A DNA stretch of 64,000 bases, taken from NCBI GenBank assembly GCA_000092065.1, contig CP000583.1. One strand, given 5' to 3'. The DNA comes from Ostreococcus lucimarinus (taxonomy: Eukaryota). The notes below the pieces were generated by a model. It saw nothing but the letters and a program-made list of their open reading frames with translations, searched no databases and was not told where the DNA came from. Positions 18,971-29,299 of the stretch are shown piece after piece. A program made the translations under genes and the position numbers. Within the stretch, counting starts at the first letter, position 1. Every line of letters starts with the position of its first letter.

Positions 18971-21355
18971 TCATGGTGCGACGCGCGCGCGATCGATCCA
19001 AGCCTCGCGCGCGCGACGCGACCGCGCGCCGACGACGCGACCGGTGTCGAAAGATGAAGATCGAAGATCTCGACGAACGCGCGGTGATGACGAACGACTG
19101 ACGCGGTGTGACGCGACGCGAACGCCGAGCAGGGGTTCGGAGACGCGCAAGAAGACGTCACGGACGCCGAGGGAGCGCTGTTTCCGATATTCGTCGTGAG
19201 CATGCTCGGGACGTTTTTGATTCCGGCGACGATCGCGCGACTGGCGAGCGCGGCGACGAAGACGGAACGCGGGAGCGGAGAGGGGAAGGGTGACGCGGCG
19301 AGCTCGAAGAAGCAGACGCAGACGATATCGACGGAGATTAGTGACGTAGAGAGTGAATGGGGAAAGGCGGCGATGGCGTCGATGAAACGGCGTAAGATGA
19401 CGACTGGGAGGCGCGTGGGCGGATTGTTTCGAGGGACCAATTTGTGGTACACGCTCGGGTGGATCGTGATGATCGCGCTGTCCGTGTACATCACGAGAAC
19501 GCCGTTACAGGAGAAACGGTTCGATCCGTACGATATCTTGGACCTGCGCGTGGGGGCGAGCACGAAGGAAATTAAGAGCGCGTACAGAAAGTTGTCGCTC
19601 AAGTATCACCCAGACAAGAACCCGGATCCCGCGGCGGCGGTTTATTTCGCCGAGTCCATCGCGCCGGCGTACAAGACGCTGACGGACGATGTCGCGCGAG
19701 AGAACTACGAAAAGTACGGTCATCCTGATGGTAAACAGAGCACCAAGCTCGGCATCGCGTTGCCCGAGCAACTTTTTGGAAAGGGTGGCATGGCGCCGGT
19801 GATGCTCATCGTGCTCGTTGTCGGAGGTATCATGCTTCCGCTTTTCATCGCTATGTGTTCGATCCGTAAAATGAACAAATTTGGTGGAAACAACGTGCTC
19901 AAGCAGACACAGGTTAATTACGCGCGCATGTTAAAGCCGGTGCTCGCGCTCTCAAAGGTTCCGGAGACGCTCGCCGTGGCGCACGAATTCATCGAGACGC
20001 CGTTCCTCGATGGACAAGATGCGGCCGTAAGCCAGCTTCTCAAAGATTACAAGAACGAGTACGAATCGAAAGATCAAAAGCTCATGAAGCGGTTGCCGAC
20101 CATCATCAAAGCACACATGTTGATCCTTACTCAGACGTCCCGGCGTGCGGCTTCGCTTCCACCTGTGCTCTCCGCGGATGCTAAAAAATTGGTGCTCACC
20201 CTGCCTCGATTGATCGAAGAGTTGCTCAAGATCGCAGCGATGCCAATCAACCGCGCCGGTCATTCGTACGCGCGACCGCAGATCAGCGTCATGGAGTTTT
20301 ACCAATGCTTCACTCAAGGCGTGCCTCTTTCTTCGCGAAAGCGAGATGAAGACGGAAACGCGAGTTTGCTTCAGCTCCCACATTTCTCCACGGAAAACCT
20401 CAACGGTGTTGCAAAAAAGTGCAAATCCCTGCACGCGCTGATGAAATTATCGAGCGAGGATCGCAAAAAGCTGTTGATTGGCGCAAGATTTTCTGAGGCC
20501 GCGACGAAGGATGTCGAGCGTCAGCTCGCGGTGATCCCACGTGTGACGACTTTTGAGGCGAAAATATCTGTCGACGACGACGACGACACCATCATGGAAG
20601 GAGATTTTGTCACCGCGAAGCTCAAGATTAAAATTGGACGATCTGGTGGACCGCTAGGTGGCGCGTTGCCTCCGTTACCGTTTTGCGCCGCTGATCGTAC
20701 AGAGGGTTGGCGCGTGTTCGTGTACGATCAATCCACGAACACCCTCTTAGCTAGCTCGACGTTAAAGCAGCGCGATGTAGAGAAGGCTGAGCGCGGGGAT
20801 GAACCTTTGGATTTGTCTGTCCAGTTCGTCGGCTTGCCGAGCGGTATGTACAACGTGGGCGTGTCGCTGATGAGCGACTATTGGATTGGTGTCGACGCCA
20901 AGGTTTCGTGCATGATGAAGGTGCTGAAGCCCACCGCGACGAACGTGGCAGCGCGCGAAGCCAAGTCCGCATCGCGTTCGGACGTCACGAAACCGAACGC
21001 TGAAGTGGAGGAGGAAGAATCGAGCGAATCGGACTATAGCGATGACGACGAGGACGATTACAGCGATGAGGACTATCCTTCGGATGAAACGGGAACGTCG
21101 GAATCCGATGATGAAGCCCGGGCTAGAATTGACGCGATGCGACGTCCTGAACAGACCAAAAACACAGTAAAGGAAGGTGCGACCGCTGCAAAACCGGCGT
21201 CAGTGCCGCAGCGAAAGACATCGACATTTGGACAGAAGGCGGCAGCGGCACGTCCCTCGATTCCAGGGCAAGCGGTTGTCCAGCAGACGCCGGCCACGGA
21301 AAAACCGGTCGTCGCCGAGGAAGTAAAGCCGGATACTGTTGATAACGTAGACTAA
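18971..21355 (+). CDS. SEC63: Translocation protein Sec63 (J-domain plus Sec63/Brl domain). Proposed exons: 18971..18973 (ATG) and 19133..21355.
   Basis: J-domain DPYDILDLRVGASTKEIKSAYRKLSLKYHPDKNP, then GHPDGKQSTKLGIALP and LLQLPHFSTENL, collinear with metazoan SEC63. Conserved N-terminal TM (GALFPIFVVSMLGTFLIPAT) lies upstream of the first in-frame ATG at 19202 with no ATG before the stop at 19109. This implies an ATG-only 5' exon at 18971 with donor GTGCGAC and branch ACTGAC at 19096. The acceptor could instead be 19129 or 19132. Confidence 0.75.
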
Positions 21356-21426
21356 AACACTACACATTGTTCAATGCAACTGGAGCTAAGAACTAAAGAT
21401 CCTACGTTGTTTGGGAGCCTCTCCCT

Positions 21427-22293
21427 TCACGAATGATACCAACGACCCATTCCGGATCCGCGCGCCGGGAACCACACGCCAGCGATGTTTTCGACGTATG
21501 GGTCCCAAATTAGCGCACAATCACATGACTGCACGAGCTTCAACCGCGACAGCGGACGTCGCTCGCACTCCACTCGCAACGCGTCCCAATACTTTTTCGG
21601 ATCGCTCGCCCGCGAGCGCTGCGCCGAAGAGAAATCAACCAAATTCCCGAGCACGACGACGACGACCCCTTTCGCCGCGGCGTAGTCCATCGCGAGCTTG
21701 AAATCATTATCGGACGTCACTATCAACACCACACGATCGCGACCGCGAACGATGGCTTCTATTTGCTCCTCCCGGACGTCCCAGCCCGTCGGCAGCGCCG
21801 CTCTCGCCTCGCGCGCGGCGTCCGCCCAAAACGTCGCCTCCTCGATCGCCGACGCGCGCTCTGTCGCCATCTCGGCGTTCACCCCGCTTTCATCGACCAT
21901 CAACCGTTTTTTCCCGCTGAACACGGGCGCGTCTTCGCCACCGACCGCGCGCGTCAACGCGTCGCCGAGCGCGTCGTCCGCCGCCTCCGAGCTCGACGCG
22001 CACGCCGTCACCTCAACCACCCCTTCCAGCCACTCCCCGTCCTCGGCCAACCTCGCCAGCGTCTGATCGTTCGCGTACGCGCGCACCGGGTGGTTCACGC
22101 GCCCGAACGCGGCGCCCGCGGCGAGCACGCGCTCGAACACGACCGCGGCGGTCGCGCTCTTCGGGCATAGATTATCCAAGTCCCAGTACACGTCCACCGT
22201 GCGCGTCGACGCGGCGCGCGCGAATCTCGGGCGACGCGCGCGTCCGCGCCGCGTCCTCGCGGGCGCCGCGCGCGCGCGCGCGCGCGTCGCCAT
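21427..22293 (-). CDS. NYN-domain (PIN-like RNase fold, MARF1/limkain-b1 type) protein
   Basis: ATG at 22293 (MATRARARAAPAR). Motif VDVYWDLDNLCP resembles the VFWDIENC NYN signature. A second conserved block is VLIVTSDNDFKLAMDYAAAKGVVVVVLG. Confidence 0.5.
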   Translation of the reverse strand: MATRARARAAPARTRRGRARRPRFARAASTRTVDVYWDLDNLCPKSATAAVVFERVLAAGAAFGRVNHPVRAYANDQTLARLAEDGEWLEGVVEVTACASSSEAADDALGDALTRAVGGEDAPVFSGKKRLMVDESGVNAEMATERASAIEEATFWADAAREARAALPTGWDVREEQIEAIVRGRDRVVLIVTSDNDFKLAMDYAAAKGVVVVVLGNLVDFSSAQRSRASDPKKYWDALRVECERRPLSRLKLVQSCDCALIWDPYVENIAGVWFPARGSGMGRWYHS

Positions 22294-22745
22294 GTGCGTA
22301 GAATGTACGGACTGTTTACACATACGACCGGGACATTCGGACATTTGGTCACGTTCCGTGTGTACGCTCGTCACGACACCTCGCGCGCGCGCGTCGCCCG
22401 CGCCGTCTTTACGACGCGCGACGACAGGTGCGCCGGCGACGACGACCCGACGCGACGCGCGCGCGGCGAAGACGACGCGCATCGATCGTTCGACCGCGCT
22501 TCGACGGCCCGCGACGTCGCGCGCGACGCCGAGACGCGGTCGAACGCGCGCGCGGTCGATCGCGCGCGGGCGCGCGCGACGATCGCGTCGGACGGCTCGC
22601 GTGACGCGCGCGATCGCCGCGCGATGACGCGCGCGCGATGATGCTGTCGGGAAAATCATCGTTCGCGCGCGGTCGACGCGCGGGCGGTCGATCGCGCGCG
22701 GGTGATGGGTGAAGCGCGCGCGATGGGGAGGCGCGCAAAGCCCTA

Positions 22746-22821
22746 GTGAGAAGAGGGTTGACGCGACGGAGGCGGGAAGGGCGAGGGACTGACGAATGAC
22801 GCGCGCGTTCGAAAATCACAG
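22746..22821 (+). other. Putative 5'UTR intron of the RPL12 gene (GTGAGA...ACTGAC...cacAG), ending 4 nt before the ATG
   Basis: Donor-like GTGAGA at 22746. ACTGAC branch-like motif at 22787-22792. AG at 22820-22821. ATG at 22826. Confidence 0.3.
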
Positions 22822-22825
22822 AAAG

Positions 22826-23326
22826 ATGCCGCCTAAGTTCGACCCGAACTCCGTTTTGGAGATTTTCATGCGCGCCACCGGCGGTGAAGTCGGCGCTGCG
22901 TCTTCGCTCGCGCCGAAGATCGGTCCGCTCGGTTTGTCGCCGAAGAAGGTCGGGGAAGACATCGCGAAGGAAACCGCCAAGGACTGGAAGGGTTTGCGCG
23001 TGACGGTGAAGCTCACCGTGCAAAACCGTCAAGCGAAGGTGTCTGTCGTGCCGACGGCCTCCGCCTTAGTCATTAAAGCGCTCAAGGAGCCGTTCCAAGA
23101 CCGCAAAAAGGTCAAGGGTATCTTGCACACGGGCAACTGCTCTTTGGACGACATCATCGAAGTCGCGCGCACTATGCGCCCGAGGTCTTGCGCCAAGTCG
23201 CTCGCCGGTACCGTCAAAGAAATTCTCGGTACGGCCAAGTCTGTGGGCTGCACCGTCGAGGGCGAAGACCCGTCGGACGTGCAAGAATCGATCGATTCCG
23301 GGGACATTGAAATTCCGGAAAAGTAG
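22826..23326 (+). CDS. RPL12: 60S ribosomal protein L12 (uL11)
   Basis: [48 protein letters not shown]...[30 protein letters not shown] is near-identical to eukaryotic RPL12 throughout. Confidence 0.95.
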   Translation: MPPKFDPNSVLEIFMRATGGEVGAASSLAPKIGPLGLSPKKVGEDIAKETAKDWKGLRVTVKLTVQNRQAKVSVVPTASALVIKALKEPFQDRKKVKGILHTGNCSLDDIIEVARTMRPRSCAKSLAGTVKEILGTAKSVGCTVEGEDPSDVQESIDSGDIEIPEK

Positions 23327-23509
23327 ATTTCGCGTTTTGCGTTCGTTAGCCGGAGTGTTATGGAAAAGAGTGATTCCACATTATATCGTCGTCCGCTCGT
23401 CTCGTCGCACGAATTCTCGTCAAGTGCTTGCGTTGTGTTCAATGTCTAATGCGGCTATTATGCGGCGCTACAATAAATCGATTTTGGGATCTTGTTGCGG
23501 GCGGTGGTG

Positions 23510-25783
23510 CTATGTGTCGCTTTCGTTCGCGTCGACCAAGGACGACGACGACGACGACGAACCGTTCTTCTTCGAACCGTTCTTCTTTCCGTTCGTTTTA
23601 AAGAAGGCACCAATACTTCCATTCTTCTTCGAGCCATTCTTCTTCCGGCTTTCGGTGGTCTCTTGCGGCGTGAACGTAGTGGAAATATTCTTTTGTTGCG
23701 CCTCGAGCTCTTGCTGTTGAGCGAGAAGCCGCGACTCCATCTCTGCCATTTCTTCGATGACTGCGTTCATTTCATTTTGAATGGCTTCCATGCGAAGCCG
23801 AATGGCCTCAGAGTCTTCTTCTTTCGCCGGAGTTTGCTTGGAAATTCTAGCGAGCATGGACGACACCTTGTCCTTTGTGTTCTCGACCGTCTTTCTCATC
23901 GCCGGCGCCTTCGGAGTCGTCTTTTCTTCTCGCTCAACGTTTTCTGAAACTTGTCTTTCTTCGTCTTCGGCATCTGGCGCGTTAGGGCGAATCGCGCGCA
24001 AAAGCGTGTTCATGCCTTCATCGAAGCTCTTTCTCGTGTCCTGAGCGGCTCGGTTGACGCGATCATTGATGGACTGCATGCGTGTCTTCCCGATGCCGTT
24101 CGAGGAGAGATTCGACAGCAAGCCGTCGTACTCTTTCGACGTCTCAACGCCGCTCTCCTTGGCCGCTTTTTTCAACTCGGTCGCTGCGGAAACCATAGTC
24201 GTGCGCGCTTCGACTTCCTTGAAGCTCATGGATCGAACCAAGCCTTGTAATCCAACGCGCATCTTCTCGAGCGTCTTTTCCTCCTCTGCGATTTTCTTAG
24301 CGTCCTCACCGTCGTCTCGCATGCGCTGGATCGTCGTAGATTGTTTGGCTATGTTGACTTGCTGGCGTTGGATACGTTTTTCTAACGAAAACATATCAGT
24401 CAACATTCCAGCGGTCTCCGCTACCCAGTTATCACCGCGGCCTTCCTTCACTTCGACCTTGAGCTCGGTGGGGTCGACTTGGAAGAAGCGATGCTTGAGC
24501 GCTTGCTCTGCGCTCGGGCGCTCGCGGGCTTCTTGATCATCCTCGGCTTCGTACGGCCTCGGACGGAGTAAATCTGCCGCCAACTCCCATCCCGCGCCAT
24601 CACCAGCGTCGAGAACAGCCGTCTTCGATCGACTAAGTTGACCTTTGTTCGCTTCTCTCCACTTTTGCAAGTCGTACTTGAACTTTTTCAATCCGCGGTT
24701 GAAGCTTTGCAACCCACTGTTCGTGCGCAAGCTCGGCATGGCGAGCTGCATTAGTACGATTCCAGTGCTATACATATCGAATCGATCTGGTCTGTGTGAT
24801 AGCCATGCCGTGGTACCGGCCGCGAGCGCGACAGGTGCGAACATCTTTCGCAGATCGGGGGCGTCGTCCGTCGGAATTAAAAATTCCTCGGGAGGCGCGT
24901 ATTTCGGATCCATGATGGTTTCATCCGGGGTGAAATTCATCCCAGATCTGAAGCACGCACAAGCGCCGAGATCGATCACTTTAAATTCAGGCGTCGGCTC
25001 TCTCGCGAGCACGAGATTGTGCGGTTTCACGTCGCGATGAACCAACCCGGCGCGATGCATCGCCATCAGACTCGACAAGAGCTGCGAAATCGCGCGTTGC
25101 GTGATCTCGAGTTCCACCGCAGCGTCGCCGCGATACACGTCATCACGATCCAGTAATGCCTTCGCGAGTCCAGTGGGATAATCTGGCTGCGCGAGATATT
25201 GCGCCAACGTGCGATCGCCCTGGTATCTCCACACCAACCACAAGCCTTCCTTGCTCAACGCGTCGTTCGTCCCGGATGCCAACCAATCGTCCCGAGTCAC
25301 GCGAAACGATCCCACGAACTCCGCGCACGCCCCCTTCGCGTCTCGACTCACTCGATCGTTCATCCAAGACTCGATCTCCTGCAACTCCGCCGCGCCCTCG
25401 ACCGTGAGCTTCGGGCGCTTGAGCACCACGGCGTCGCCTTTGCGCAACCCGCGCGCGTCGTTCACCGCCACTCGTCCCTCGTACACCACCCCGAACGACC
25501 CCTCACCGATCTGACGCTCCATCTCAAAGTCACTCTTCTTATACTTGCTCCCGTTCACGACCACCAGCCCCCGTCGTCGTCGTCCCTCGCGTCTCCGCGT
25601 CGTCGCCGCGCGCGCGTCCGCTCGCCGCCCCTCGCCCCGCCGTCCACGCCCGACGCCCGCCGCATCCCGCGCGCCCTCGCGCGCGCCGAGCGACGTCGCC
25701 ATCCCACGCCGACGCTCGACCGCCTCCGCGCCTCTTCTTCGCGCCTCCCTCGGCGCTCGCGCGCGCCTCGCGTCTCGATTCAA
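23510..25783 (-). CDS. STN7: Stt7/STN7-family serine/threonine protein kinase (state-transition kinase-like) with a long charged C-terminal extension
   Basis: Kinase core GEGSFGVVYEG...HRDVKPHNLVL...DLGACACFRSGMNFTPDETIMDPKYAPPEEF...FDMYSTGIVLMQLAMPSLRTNSGLQSFNRGLKKFKYDLQKWR matches the STN7/Stt7 signature ([31 protein letters not shown]...FDIYSLGLIFLQMAFPSLR). R/A-rich presequence. About 330 aa of K/E-rich tail ending in KKNGS repeats. Confidence 0.8.
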   Translation of the reverse strand: MNRDARRARAPREARRRGAEAVERRRGMATSLGAREGARDAAGVGRGRRGEGRRADARAATTRRREGRRRRGLVVVNGSKYKKSDFEMERQIGEGSFGVVYEGRVAVNDARGLRKGDAVVLKRPKLTVEGAAELQEIESWMNDRVSRDAKGACAEFVGSFRVTRDDWLASGTNDALSKEGLWLVWRYQGDRTLAQYLAQPDYPTGLAKALLDRDDVYRGDAAVELEITQRAISQLLSSLMAMHRAGLVHRDVKPHNLVLAREPTPEFKVIDLGACACFRSGMNFTPDETIMDPKYAPPEEFLIPTDDAPDLRKMFAPVALAAGTTAWLSHRPDRFDMYSTGIVLMQLAMPSLRTNSGLQSFNRGLKKFKYDLQKWREANKGQLSRSKTAVLDAGDGAGWELAADLLRPRPYEAEDDQEARERPSAEQALKHRFFQVDPTELKVEVKEGRGDNWVAETAGMLTDMFSLEKRIQRQQVNIAKQSTTIQRMRDDGEDAKKIAEEEKTLEKMRVGLQGLVRSMSFKEVEARTTMVSAATELKKAAKESGVETSKEYDGLLSNLSSNGIGKTRMQSINDRVNRAAQDTRKSFDEGMNTLLRAIRPNAPDAEDEERQVSENVEREEKTTPKAPAMRKTVENTKDKVSSMLARISKQTPAKEEDSEAIRLRMEAIQNEMNAVIEEMAEMESRLLAQQQELEAQQKNISTTFTPQETTESRKKNGSKKNGSIGAFFKTNGKKNGSKKNGSSSSSSSLVDANESDT
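23520..23660. repeat. Short direct repeats (ccgttcttcttcgaaccgttcttctttccgttc...) encoding KKNGS/KNGSKKNGS units at the 3' end of the kinase gene
   Basis: Direct repetition of ttcttc/ccgttc blocks is visible on the + strand. Translated on the minus strand this gives NGSKKNGSIGAFFKTNGKKNGSKKNGSS. Confidence 0.6.
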
Positions 25784-26324
25784 ATATCTTCGAGCTCGTT
25801 ATCCGACGCTTTCGGGTCGTCTTCGCGCCGCTCGCGCGCCCCTCTTCGCCGTCGCGCGCGCGTTCGCGTCGTTTTCGAATCCGCTTCCGTTTCGCGCGTC
25901 GTCGACGCGCTTCCGCGTCGACGCGCGTCCGCGTCCGCGTCGCGATGTCGCGTCGATCGCCCGCGGGATGGGTCGCCGTCCCGCGACCCCCTCGCGTGGA
26001 GTCGCGACCCGTCGATGGGTGTCACGAGACCGGTCGGTCGTCACACACGGACTAACCGCGTCGTAAGGTGCGGAATAAAGTACGGCGTTTCATACACGAT
26101 CGCGCGGTCCGCGACGTCGCGACGTCGCGGTCGCGCGCGCGAGACGCGCGCGCGCGCGCGCGACGCGCGACGCGAGAGACGCGACCGTTCTCGACGCGCG
26201 CGGATTCGCAGAGACGATCGCGGAACCGGCGCGCGACCGCGAAGAGGGAAGAAGGTCTCGAGACGAACGAACGCACGACTCGGCGTCGCGAAGAACGACG
26301 GACGACGGCGCGCGCGCGCGCGCG

Positions 26325-27650
26325 ATGGCGGACGCGCGACGGAGGCGCGATGTATGCGCGACGACGCGCGCGGGCGGGCGACGCGAACGACGCGGCGGGC
26401 GGTCAGACGGCCGGGAATGGGTCGGGACGGCGTCGGGACGACGACGCGCGACGCGCGAGGACGACGCGGAGACGCGGACGCGAACGCGAGGATGGGTGAT
26501 TCGCGACGCGCGCGCGCGTGCGACGGCGGTGACGTCGTCGACGTCGATGGGGACGGCGGGAGGGGCGGGCGCGGGCGCGGGCGGGCGGCGGTGGAGGTTT
26601 TTGGCGGCGGCGGCGACGCGCGCGGCGGCGACGAAGGCGGCGACGGGACGCGGCGCGACGCGCAAGGCGAACGGGGGGGGCGCGAAGCCGCGGCGGCGAG
26701 AGAAAAAGTTGTCGAGGAAGGAAGAGGCGGGTCGGCGGTTGGCGAGCGGGACGCTGGCGACGGTGTGCGTGCGCACGGTGCTCGCGCCGCTGGAGAGGGT
26801 GAAGATTGAGTACCTGTTGAATCGCAGCGCGCTCAAGCTCGAGGCCATGGTGGGGGGGATATTGCGCACCGAAGGCGCGCTCGGATTTTGGAAAGGGAAC
26901 ATGCTCAACATCGCGCGCACGGCGCCGTTCAAGGCGATCAACTTTTGTGCGTTCGACACGTATCGCGAAATCGTCAACCGCACTTTTCCCGAGGGCAGCG
27001 ACGCGAGGAAAATCGGCTTGGTGTGCGCTGGCGCGGGGGCGGGAATGACGGCGGTCGTCACGTGTTTTCCCATGGATGTTTTGCGCACGAGACTGCTCAC
27101 GACGGGTGGGAAGGAAAAGTACGGCTCGTTCTTCGCGTGCGTGAAGATGATGTACCGACAAGAGGGCGCGAGCACGTTTTATCGCGGCATCACGCCGGCG
27201 CTCGTGTCCATGGTTCCGAACGCGGCGGTGTATTATAGCGTCTACGACGGGTTAAAGAACCGCAGATTAGCCCAACTCAACGCAGAGCTCGCGGCGACGC
27301 GGAAGAAGAGCGGATCGAAACAAGCAGAGGAAAATTCTGTGAAAAACATCGAGCAAAAGAACATGATGCTGTACGGCGCCGTCGCGGGCGTCGCCTCGGA
27401 AGCGTCGACGTACCCATTCGAGGTCATCCGTCGGCGAATGCAAATGCAAAGCGGTCGATCGTCCACCGCCATGGTGTTCGGTCGAAAAGCGCTCCTGAGT
27501 ATGGCCACGACGCTTCGCTCCGTCGCGCGCGAATCCGGCTTGAAGAGCCTCTACGCCGGTCTCGGTCCGAGTTGCGTGCAAGTTCTCCCATCCGCCGCGC
27601 TCGGGTACTACACGTACGAGATGTTCAAGCTGCTGTTAGAAGTAGATTAA
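26325..27650 (+). CDS. Mitochondrial carrier family (MCF/SLC25) transporter, possibly an adenine-nucleotide or Brittle-1-type. The real start may be the internal ATG at 26547.
   Basis: Three carrier repeats with signatures PLERVKIEYLL, PMDVLRTRL and PFEVIRRRMQ, and six hydrophobic helices. R/G-rich N-terminal leader. Confidence 0.8.
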   Translation: MADARRRRDVCATTRAGGRRERRGGRSDGREWVGTASGRRRATREDDAETRTRTRGWVIRDARARATAVTSSTSMGTAGGAGAGAGGRRWRFLAAAATRAAATKAATGRGATRKANGGGAKPRRREKKLSRKEEAGRRLASGTLATVCVRTVLAPLERVKIEYLLNRSALKLEAMVGGILRTEGALGFWKGNMLNIARTAPFKAINFCAFDTYREIVNRTFPEGSDARKIGLVCAGAGAGMTAVVTCFPMDVLRTRLLTTGGKEKYGSFFACVKMMYRQEGASTFYRGITPALVSMVPNAAVYYSVYDGLKNRRLAQLNAELAATRKKSGSKQAEENSVKNIEQKNMMLYGAVAGVASEASTYPFEVIRRRMQMQSGRSSTAMVFGRKALLSMATTLRSVARESGLKSLYAGLGPSCVQVLPSAALGYYTYEMFKLLLEVD

Positions 27651-27759
27651 TTCGTCACAGGATCGTTCGCGCGACGATCTGACGATAGATTATTTTAATA
27701 AAAACAGGCGCCGAGGACGCGACCGACGGCGCCGCCCTCCACACCGCGACGCGCTCGAC

Positions 27760-28482
27760 ATGTCCGCGCAGTTCACGCGCGCGGGCGACCCGAACGATGA
27801 CCGCGGTCCGTCGATGATGGTGCGACACGCCGAGCAGCGCGCGCGCGAGGCGGCGGCGAACGCCGACCGGTACCTACGCGAGACGTTCCCGAGAGCGAAC
27901 GCGACGACGCTGGCGCTGGCGCTCAAAGAGTTCAACAACGACGTCGCGCTGGCGAAGGACGCGTTGAAGGAGTTCTTCGAAGAGGAAGACGGAGGCGGTG
28001 GGCGAGGACGGCGACGGGGACGGGGACGAGGCGGGGAGGAGGACGCGCGACGCGACGGAAAGCGACGGCGCCGCGACAAAAAGGAGAAGCGAGAGAAGGA
28101 TAGAAAGCACAAGCGCAAACACAGGCGACGCTCGCGTTCGCGTTCGCGTTCGCGTTCGCGCGAGAGATGGCGCGAGCGACGACGGGACGAAGAGGCGGCG
28201 CCGCGACGCGCGTTCGGTAACGACGAAGAGGAGCGCCGAGCCGAGCTCGCGGAGGCTCGCAAGAAAGACGAAGAGGCGAGACAGAAAGAGATCGTCGCCA
28301 GACTTCGCGCGCACGGCGACGTGAGCGTGATGCGCGAGCAAGAGATACTTCGCCAGAAGTTGCAAATCGCCCATCGCGTCGGCGACGCGAGCGAAGCGGA
28401 ACGCATCAAGGCTTTGCTGTCAGTCGACGACGCGCTCGCGAAAGCCGCGAAGAGTAACTACGGCTTTCGACCCGGAGATTGA
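27760..28482 (+). CDS. CUE-domain protein with an arginine/serine (RS) and K/R/E-rich low-complexity region
   Basis: N-terminal LRETFPRANATTLALALKEFNNDVALAKDALKEF fits the CUE/UBA-like consensus (MFP...AL...N.V..A...L). It is followed by RSRSRSRSRSRERW and a KKEKREKDRKHKRKHRRR region. Confidence 0.5.
   Translation: MSAQFTRAGDPNDDRGPSMMVRHAEQRAREAAANADRYLRETFPRANATTLALALKEFNNDVALAKDALKEFFEEEDGGGGRGRRRGRGRGGEEDARRDGKRRRRDKKEKREKDRKHKRKHRRRSRSRSRSRSRERWRERRRDEEAAPRRAFGNDEEERRAELAEARKKDEEARQKEIVARLRAHGDVSVMREQEILRQKLQIAHRVGDASEAERIKALLSVDDALAKAAKSNYGFRPGD
28134..28163. repeat. (GCGTTC)5 hexanucleotide microsatellite encoding the RSRSRSRSRS tract
   Basis: The direct repeat cgcgttcgcgttcgcgttcgcgttcgcgttcgcg is visible. 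Confidence 0.8.
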
Positions 28483-28540
28483 TCGCGCCGCGCGCGCGTT
28501 TTAGGAAAACTACGCTACTAGATACATTAATCACATTTCG

Positions 28541-29218
28541 CTACCGTAGTCGAGACGCCTTCGCCTTCGTCGTCGTCGCCGCGAGACGCGGATCGAGCCC
28601 CAAAACATCCCCCAAGACGACGTACGCGCACGCCGCGCACGCCCCGACGAGGTGTCCTATCTCGATCCCTCGCAACACGCTGTTCGGCCACGCGAGCCAC
28701 GCGCGCTCCCAATCCAGCGCCGTCGCGCACGCGCCGCACCACGCCCCCGCCGCGCTCCCGAGCGCCGCCGCTCGCGCGCTCGCCTCCCTCGCCGTTCGCG
28801 CGCGCCCGTCCACGAACACCCGCTTCACGTCTTCCCCGTACGTTCGCAACGCTTCCTTCACCGTCTTCTCGTCACCGTCGCCGTCGTCGCGCGCGAGCGC
28901 GAACGCCGTCGTCGTCGTCGCGCTCAGCGCGCGCGCCGCCCGCCACGTCCCGCGCGCCGTCTCCGCCGCCGCGCGCGCGCCCGCGCCGAGCGCGCTTCCC
29001 GCGAACGCCCCGGCCGCGACGAACCACGCGCACGCGCCCAGGACGTGCGCGACGCCCGCGACGACGCCCGCGACGCGCGCGTCCTCGACGCCGCGAACCG
29101 TCATCGCGCGTCCCGCGACGCGCGCCGCCATCACCGCGCGCGTCGCGTCGACGCGCGACGCGCGACGCACCGCGAGCGCCGCCGTCTCGATCGCGCACGC
29201 GACGGTCTCGCGCCGCAT
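28541..29218 (-). CDS. Putative Tim17/Tim22/OEP16-family small membrane protein (tentative)
   Basis: ATG at 29218 (MRRETVACAIETAALAV). Gly/Ala-zipper-rich hydrophobic stretches (AGVVAGVAHVLGACAWFVAAGAFAGSALGAGARAAAE; AALGSAAGAWCGACATALDWERAWLAWP) resemble the GxxxG-rich helices of the Tim17 family. Convergent with the CUE gene and divergent, 81 bp away, from the Strawberry-notch gene. The upper 380 codons of the 606-aa ORF-track entry are the antisense of the SBNO gene and were rejected. Confidence 0.35.
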   Translation of the reverse strand: MRRETVACAIETAALAVRRASRVDATRAVMAARVAGRAMTVRGVEDARVAGVVAGVAHVLGACAWFVAAGAFAGSALGAGARAAAETARGTWRAARALSATTTTAFALARDDGDGDEKTVKEALRTYGEDVKRVFVDGRARTAREASARAAALGSAAGAWCGACATALDWERAWLAWPNSVLRGIEIGHLVGACAACAYVVLGDVLGLDPRLAATTTKAKASRLR

Positions 29219-29299
29219 CGCGCGCGCGTCGCGCGGTGCCGCGGTGCCTCGAATTTCAAGCGTCGCGTCAAACGTCGTCGCGCGTTCGACGCGCGCGCG

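Noticed and set aside
18928-19602. 224-aa minus ORF
   Set aside because: Overlaps the Sec63 5' region on the opposite strand with junk-like composition.
25199-26809. 536-aa and related R-rich plus/minus ORFs (25209-27175)
   Set aside because: Arg/Ala/Asp-rich with no motif. They overlap the antisense of the kinase gene or the leader of the carrier gene. Treated as GC artefacts. Only the carrier-repeat region from about 26547 onward is credible.
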